From Catajapyx aquilonaris (Eukaryota): a stretch of 55,501 nucleotides of DNA. Positions 47,401-55,501 of the stretch are shown here, piece by piece. Under the pieces are notes generated by a model, which saw nothing but the letters and a program-made list of their open reading frames with translations, did no database searches and was not told the DNA's origin. Numbering within the stretch: position 1 is the stretch's first letter; every line of letters starts with the position of its first letter. The position numbers and the translations under genes are program-made. Where the stretch lies: NCBI GenBank assembly GCA_000934665.2, contig JYFJ02002517.1:1-55501 (forward strand), given 5' to 3'.

Positions 47401-50400
47401 TAAGCGATTATTCTAACAAGATTTACAAAAAGAAAAATATTACTCCGAACATTTTTATTTATTTATTTTTTCATCCCTGGCTGGTTAATTACTGTTGTAA
47501 TTGTAAGAGAAGGGCGTATCCATAATTAGGCCACCGATGCACATTACTTTTCATGATGATCCGTAGATTTAAACTTTGCTCAACTAATACTCCGCTGCAC
47601 TTCCAGTTATATCCGATAAGCGTCAGGATTCCAAAAAAACTAATCGGACCAACTTCGGCAGGTGACATTTCCCTTGGGAGGAGGGGGACAAAAAGTGACG
47701 AAAAGTGACCAAGTTGGGGAATCGAAGTCTCCTTGTTCCTTTTCTTAGTTCTTCTCCCCTCCCCTCTAATTCACTCACCCTTTCCATCCAAGGAAAAGAA
47801 GCTTTCGTTCCATCCTCATGGGGAGGAGACCCAGAATGGGAAGTGGAGGAAGAAAAGGAAGAGGAAGACATGGAGGGCGATGCCACATGAGAATCGGAAG
47901 TTGTCAGCACCACGTTATTTCCTGCCCCTTCATTCCACTCCTCACGAATCGACTCGAGAGGATTGGCCAGCACCTCAGCCTGGGTCACGTAAGTGGTCGA
48001 CGACCCTGGTTCACTCTCCGGATTTTGGGGGACTGCCAACATCAGGTCGTCGTCACCTATTTCGCTGAGTGGGGTCAACTCCGCCACTTCCATCTCGACC
48101 TCGTTCTCTCTAGGGCACGACCTCGGACACGGATGCCTGTTGCCCATTGTCCACACACACACACGTGCTCAGCTCACACACATGTCTCACTGTATTGGGA
48201 CTACCACGACACAAAAGGGGGATCCCATTTCCCCCACAGGAGTTTGAGTTACCGCTCCCCGAAACAGCTCAGGATTACTACACAGCTCGCTCGCTGGGCT
48301 GCCAATTAGCCAACGACCTACTGTACGTGTACTGCAAGTTGCAAAGTTTCCAAGGGCGAGGGTAGGGGGTAGAGTGAGTGGTGGGGGTTGGGGGATTTGG
48401 GTAGTCGATACTGCAGGTGAGCTTGGCGTGCGACTGCAGCAGTGGCGCCCGCTGAGAAAAAGAGAGGAATCGACCCCCTCATATCCGTCTGAAATCGACC
48501 TTACCGACCATTTCTACATAGTCCGTTGCCCAGACAACACAGGTTGGCACACGGCATGAATGAGGGGGGAACCAGCATGGCGCCAAGTCGACGTACACGT
48601 AATTACGTCATGTAACAATAGGACACTGGGGGGGTAAAAAAAAAAGAAGGGCAGTGTCCATCCAGACACGCCCCGGGTTACATTCTAATCAGTCAGGCTC
48701 ATCCTGTACGGAGCTTTCACTCTTATTGTCCCCAGGGTGTGAGATACGCACACAAAATGAGGCTCATTTTCAGGCCATCCAAAAGGGGATCAGATTCGGG
48801 CAGATACCCACCGATGGGTTCGTGACCCATGCAATTTGTGGGCTCTGGCGTAACCATGAGTATGGCACCATTTTTTTTTTTTAAATAGCAAGACTGTCAC
48901 TCGGACCTATATTAAGCGCCAGTGAGATTTTTCATTGTTGCGGGCAGCAAAAATGGGTTGGGAGATGAGAAATGTGCGGATCATATACAAACCCGTCGGG
49001 GTGTGCAATATTGGACCCGTGGGTCTGACAGCAGCAGAAAGCAACGGGCTCCAAAATTAAAGCACACTTTCTCTCTCGTTTTGAAAATTGCAGGCACTCA
49101 AATATGCGTAGAATGATGTGCCGAGTAGCTTGTCTATCATCTGCGGTGTATGATTACTTTCTCCTTTCATCGTGTATGTATGCCGGAAGGTGCGCGTGCC
49201 AAAATGGAATTACAATCGGTATATACAATCTGTAAATTTTCACTAATAAACGAGGTCATGCTCATTGCTTCCAACGCATTAAAATGTCATGAAAAAGGCC
49301 GACAATAATAATTAGTCACATTCACATGTCCATTCCGTGTCCCAAAAACCACAGCGGTATTGTTCCCGCGTGGTCATCGCATCAATACATATTATACTAC
49401 ACTATAGCATGAAAAGAGGCAACTGAGAGCTCTTATTATGGCGGTGAAAGTGGGGCATTTTGATGACCCGATACAACACGGGCCCCGGTTCTATTTAAAT
49501 ACACCCCTCGGACGAGAATCGCGTGGAATCCCAATCGATCTCTGCCTCTGTTTTTGGAAACGACCTCAATAGAGTGCACATTGGCTGGGTGATGCTGCTG
49601 GCACACATACCACCAAAATCACAAAAATGACATACCGGCGGTTCTGGATCCATTGGAAGTGGAGGCGTCTTTGTCCCCATTGGTGATGGCGCCGTTGGCT
49701 GCGGCGCCAGAGGCTGCTGAAGAGGAAGGGCTGGTGGATGTGGAGGAGGAAGAGTTGGCCACCGCGGCCGTGGCCACCGAAGAGGAAGAGGCGGCCAGTG
49801 GGTCGTGGTCGCAACAGTTGTTGGACTCTGGAGAGGATGGGGTCAGCTGGGTTATGCGCCTGTTGGTGTCGGCCAGTTCCATCCTCAGCTGGGACACTTC
49901 TTGCTGAGCAGATTGGAGGTCACCGTCCAGTCGTTGTGCCAGCTGCTTGTTGTCCTCCACCATCCTACGGAACTTTGCCTGCACCAAGAGAAAGACACAT
50001 CCTGTCAGATATGCAACCAAACACGCTCAGTGATATGAGCTGAAAATATTATCCTCGGGAGTTTCTGTGACTCACACAGGTGCAATGTTTCAACTGTCCG
50101 ACAATTTGGGTCTGAAAATGAACATGCGCATTATTCTTGCACGTTTCATTTCAACCTCCTGCTGCACGATGAAAAAGTGTGCCTCAACTTTCCCACAGCA
50201 CTAATCAAGGGACGGCCTGACTTTTTTGGTTGAAGCCTCTGTTTAAATTGCACTCCTCTGGAGATCCGGCCCCATCATTTCCCCTCCCCCCCTCCCCTAC
50301 AGAAACAGCAATTAATAACACAAGTCGCCAGGCCTTTTCGCCAGCACCAACCAACGTCCTGGCCAAATGTCGTGCTTCAATTCCCTGTCACACACATCTC

Positions 50401-53400
50401 ATCGGGTGGCGACGCTCTTTTGTGAGCACCGGGCGTCGAGTGGTTGGGTGTCTGCAAATAGCGCGTTGTCAAGTCGTCAAGAAGATGGAAGACTGCCAGG
50501 TCGAGCCCAAATGACCCAGTCTGCTTGGTCAGAAGGGAGCCATAGTTTCGCCTCCCAAATTCTCAATAACAAAAGCAACGGACGGATACTATACAAGTTC
50601 CTCAGACCCGGAAACTTTCGAGAAACCCATTGTTATTCCTTGCGAGAAGAGTGTTGGCCCACCCCTCGAAATAAAATGAAACAGAAAAACAAAACGAGTC
50701 CAATTCATCCCTCGGAACACGTCCAAACATTTCTCTTTACCGAAGACGCCACTTTCAGCAGCAATGGCGTGAAAATCCATCCGATGTTTTATGAACGTAT
50801 ATATATATATATATATATGCGAAATTCTACAGGGTGGTACAATCGCCAAAAACTCAACAGAATTGGAATTGTTGTGATTACTGGGAGTGGGGGCTTTTAA
50901 ACTGTCAATTGATTCGGATTTGGTGTCAATATATCTAATCAGCATCACTTTGTGTGAGTATAGGAGAGAAATGCCCTTCACAAAATAACATAAAACCGAA
51001 CCAGTGACATTTCCGAAACGGGGTCCAGACATGGTCGCTTATCAGACCGATATGCACTATACACAGTTAGAGAGGGGGGGCAAGCGACGAGGAAAGAGAA
51101 GCAATTTCCTGGGAATGGTGGATGCTCGGCCCTTTTAGGCTGTCTCCTATCTATATATTTTTTTGCACGACCCCCAAAAAAATTCATATTCGAGCGAAGG
51201 ATGTTCCCCCCAGGGTAAGTAGATACAGCCCCCTACTATGTCGTTTTGCCCCCATAGGGACGCTGGCTGCCTTTGCAGTAAACAAACTATCTTAATTTGC
51301 AGGAGACCCAGTCGATTGCTATAACTCTTCGGACAATTCTCTCGTGCTTGACCGAGTTTTCGCTTTAGAATTTACGGTTGGAGTGGTGAAACAGGATCGA
51401 ACCCGTAGGAAGTTGTGTAAGTGCTTATACATAATAGGTTGGAAGGGAGAAGGCCTCCGCTCCGTTGCAGGAAGCTGACTCCATTTCAGATGCAGAATAT
51501 CACGGGGTGTATACTTAAGATGAGAGAGAGAGAGAGGAAAGTTTCATGTTTGCAGTACCTTTGCAATGGACGTGCCATAAATAATTTAACAGCAGGCATT
51601 CACACAGAGTGCAATATTAATCGGAACAAATTTTTTTTAAATGCCGTATCCGTGCGCCTGAAACAAATTAATTTCATCGCGCCAGCTCCGATTCATTTAT
51701 TAGGTTACTATGTCAGTTCCCAGAAATCGAATTTTGGAGGTTTTCCAGGGCGCAACTATCAGTTTGTAAAGCGTACAGAACCTATTGCAGCGTTAAATTA
51801 ACGTCGGCGCCAACTAACATGCAAATAGAATCGAGTCACAGTGTAGTAAGCACTTTTTTTACGCGGATATTAAAACGTGAATATCTTTGCCCGATTTGTT
51901 TTTTTAAAAAAAGTCTGGGTTAAATGGCCTTTTGTGTCCGAAGGCGTTGTAGCGGAACGAGTACGCTCATTTTCCCGGTTGGTAGCGCATTTGAAAAGAG
52001 TAGCTACTGTAATGTGCAGATTTGCCATGCTGGGATTGGTCTCCAGTGGGACGCCCACGCCACACAACAGCGTATAAATTAATTCATGAACGACACCCAT
52101 GCACACTCTTGCATCCTGGCCCAGCAGGTCCACGTAATGGCCAATGCACTTTGCATAAACGACTCGACTTAACGACCAAAATACATCATTAAATAGCAAT
52201 TCCGATAGTGAGGAATATACGGTGTGAATCACTCAACAGTGCAAGTGGCTGGTGTCATGTTGCCTACTTTCATAACAAGAAGATGCGAACGTGACCAATA
52301 ATAATTTAACAATATGACCAAGGCTATTACGACGGCATTACTGGCCACCAAGAGCTAATAACTTGTGGCCACATGTACTGTAACCAGTGCTCAGTCTCTG
52401 CTATACTGATCTCTAATGTACACTATTGGATTGCTCATAGGCAATTTTGGAGGCCATATTGGAACACTAAATCAATCGGATCAATGCTGCTCTTCCTGGC
52501 ACAAATATCGGTTTCAAAATCTTGCTCTGAGCAACTGAATGCAAAGTACCGTTTTAAGTGGCCCGTTATGGCCATATGGACGGTTCTCAGAGAAAGGTTT
52601 CGGGTCAGTTTTTGACAAAGGCAGAAAAAGGGGGTCACTGAGAAATTCAAAAGGCAGAGGAACCTGTGGTTGAATTTAGAGGCACGAGCTTAGAGTTTTC
52701 CAAATGTTTCGTATACAATATGTTGGGGTTTACATTCAGTATGCAATCTGTCCGGAATGTGCACCATACAAGGGCAAGGGGTACATATCCAACGAGATGA
52801 ATCAGACATGACGACGCCTATCCCAGAACAGCAATCGCAGAAAAGAGGGGCCAGGGGGATGCTGCAAGTAGCCCGCCCAAACATCCACGTGACCGAATAT
52901 CCATCAAGAGGTGAATGCCCCTCAACTCTTGCCACAACCCCGAGCCAGCTTTGGACATTGCTCGGGATCTCCAGAAAAGAAAAGAAAAAGAAGAGAAGAG
53001 GACGGGTTGAAGAAGAAGAGAAAAAAAATGAAGAAAAGAGTGGTAGAGTCCAAGTCCCTGGAACCAGATGCGCGTCGTTTTGCACATGCAGAGAATAGAT
53101 CCTGAAAAGAAAGTTTCCCCGAAACTTTCTGGATGGGTTGCTCCCAGGGTTGCCGCCAAAAGTTCCCACTGTCACAAATCCGCTTATTGGATAGGGACGG
53201 AGTTTGGGGAGAACGGAGGCAAGCCGCTGGAACCATACTCACAAGTTCTGCTATACTTCTCTACCCCACTGGATTCATACCTCGGCTTATCTCCGAGCTC
53301 CCAAAAATACTACCGAACCAGGACCACTAAAGACGCCCCTCCACCACACCAGAAATAACGTTAAAAAATAGTGCAACCAACAAAGTGGAAGTTATCTCGC

Positions 53401-54658
53401 TAATTTTCTTCCCAGCTCATCGATAACATCTTCGCTGAGCCCCCGTCAATGTAACTCCAACCGAATCAAAAAAAAAAGTGTGAGAGAGATCTCATTATTG
53501 ATAGGCAGCCCTTCATTTTTTGACGCAACACTTTTTTTTTGAATGATGGATTAGCCTGCGTGATACTCAATCAAACTTACAGATGGGATCCCCAAAATTC
53601 AGGTAATCATATGGCAGGGACCTAATCCAAATAAACGGTCAGATAATTTTGGAGAGAGAGAGAGAAAAGTTATTATAGGAGAGTCCTATATATATGCTGA
53701 GAGGCAGGTCTCAGAATAGATGAGAAAAAATGGTGATGGATCACTCACCCATTGTGCGTCTTCGTCGCAAAATTACAGGGGACAAATAGTTCATTGTGAA
53801 TATCAAACAGAATTTTTATACGGTTTCTTTGAATTCCTCTCAGTGGACAAAAAAAATGGGCTGGGGTTTCAATAGCCTGCTGGGCACAATTTTTATGTAA
53901 CCTTCATACCTTGAAAGCAACCACTTTCGCCGTTATCAGTACGAGTCACGACAGCCAGCGTTGTATAAAGAAGCACGCCACGGTATTGGCTCGACTTCCA
54001 AAGAAAATGTCGTGCCAAACCGGCACCCGTAACAAGTCCGCTTCCTGTACACATCTGTAAGCAAAAGTTCTGTATATTGATTCTAATGACTTCCGTTATT
54101 AACGGTTTGCACTGCAAAGTAGATGTATCGTAAACAGGAAGGATCGTAAGGTGAGCAAACACACGGTTGTTTACCATGCCTTGACAAACGCTCTAAGGTG
54201 GGGACAAAATAAGCCGAGTCAAACAATTCGTAAGTTGACCTTAGAGGCCAGAGGGCTCAAGTCCACTCACTAGCAAACACACTCGGAAATTCGAGCTTTT
54301 CTGTTAATCTCGACGGATTGCGACGCAAGTGCACGAAAGGATGCCTGGAGGTATCAGGTGCACATTTCCGTTCCTATTTCCAAAATCATATCTGGCAGTC
54401 AGTAATTTGAAAACGGGAGGGGGATCACCCAGGCATTAGTGGAAACATGCACCTGAATGTGTTTCTGCCTGGATGATTTTCTTCGTGTTCTCACCTGTGC
54501 GTCGACCAGCAGGTGCCTCATGAGCGCCATGGAGGACTTGAGTGCCTCGTGCTGCTTTGGCTGCATGCACGCATCCTCATCGTCCCTCGGCTCTTCCCTG
54601 CTGGCACCGAAGATGAACTGCACGATCTGGTCATTCAGGCTGTCCAGCGACTGTATGG
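38427..54658 (-). CDS. KAZN: Kazrin / liprin-gamma (coiled coil + three SAM domains), 5'-partial; exons 54658-54495, 49978-49636, 46160-45927, 44006-43879, 43712-43533, 43343-43112, (42646-42617), 42151-42064, 41999-41845, 41779-41214, 41143-41020, 40929-40785, 39864-39636, 38747-38427
   Basis: MVEDNKQLAQRLDG...QEVSQLRMELADTNRR and LKADRKRLKAEKFDLLNQMKQLYGTLEDKEKELRDFIRNYEQ match the kazrin coiled coil. SAM motifs WKAATVLAWLE...ENIKSGKVLLELSD, WVASEWLPDIGLPQY, DPLVWTNQRFIKW...DLGEYADNLKDSGVHGA. Ends in TPV. Junctions are in phase. Confidence 0.9.
46265..48147 (-). CDS. Candidate alternative N-terminal exons of kazrin (48147-47779 and 46469-46265)
   Basis: Two acidic/Ser-rich ORFs in one kazrin intron with phase-compatible sites: AGG|GTGAGT at 47779, TTTATCCGGCAG|CTG at 46469, and GAAG|GTAACA at 46265 joining exon 46160. 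Confidence 0.4.
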
Positions 54659-55501
54659 CTAAGGACAAAAAAAATCAAAAACGACAGGTCAAGAATCAAA
54701 CACCTAATCAGAGCGAACACACACAGACACCAACACTGATTAGATTTACACACACGACATGGGATTTTTTTGGTGTGATCAAAATTGGAGTTGAGCTACG
54801 AGTGGAATGCATGTTGCGAGAATATCAACAAAGGGAATGGCCATAAAAATGGAGTTATCTTTAGCATTCTGATAGCCAATACCGGACAAAATGGGTACTA
54901 AACTTAATGATCGTCAGGCAAATGCCGGAACTTGTAACTTCCAGTCGTATATGAGCCCAGCACGATAACCGTGGTATATAGTGTGAACGGTATACCGTTG
55001 TTTCTCAGTGGGCATGTTGTAACGTCACGTTATTAATTTTCACAGGTGGAAAGATGTCCTGCTACAAAATTTTGAGTGCTAATTTTGCAACTTTTCAGTG
55101 GACGTCGACGTGCTTTATCTACATCATTACATAAATATTCCGGTTATAAAATGTGGCGTAAAATTGCTGCCATTTCGAAAATTACAATATCCGCATTATT
55201 ACACCCAACATCTGCGCCTGTAATTCTGCAAAATGAAGCATCAAATATCCAGAATTAAACCGCACATTTCACTTGCCAAAATACTTGCTTTGTGTGTACA
55301 ACGTTGTATATTGTAATGTTTTATTGCATTTTGACGATCCTGACACTTCTTACAACTAGAATATTAAAAATTTATAATATCCTGTCATTACAAGGGTAAA
55401 GTACTGTTAGGCATTATACAGACAGGTGGCAGCACCTCTCGGAGTAAAACAAAAGAAATAAAGTGAGTAGCAAAGATGGCGTAGTGTATCATTCAGCAGT
55501 T

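Noticed and set aside
50230..54177. Many 60-177 aa ORFs in the large kazrin intron
   Set aside because: No recognisable domain and no phase-consistent splice model found; unrecognised alternative exons cannot be excluded.

Overview
Eukaryotic (invertebrate-like, probably arthropod) gene-dense genomic window with mostly short (~55-100 nt) GT-AG introns. Twelve conserved protein-coding genes could be rebuilt by hand from splice signals and recognisable motifs: AMDHD1 (3' end off-window), a divergent PEX13-like gene, ERCC8, HDAC3, a C9orf72-like gene, WDR18, WDR36, WDR82, ATR, SSR3 and kazrin/liprin-gamma (5' end off-window); AMDHD1 also hosts an RTE-like LINE fragment. Introns and intergenic spaces carry many small transposon relics: a mariner deletion derivative with a tRNA-derived SINE nested in it, TTAA-type, hAT-type, Harbinger-type and Tc1-type MITEs, and a 476-bp inverted MITE dimer next to the ATR start. 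The most notable observations are a possible shared-leader or operon-like WDR18/C9orf72 unit, a PEX13-like protein with an eroded SH3 domain, a U12-type intron in SSR3, a hidden two-exon alternative N-terminus and a 30-nt microexon in kazrin, and two intronic hairpins. No prokaryotic-type system (CRISPR etc.) is present. Gene names rest on recalled motif similarity, not on database searches.
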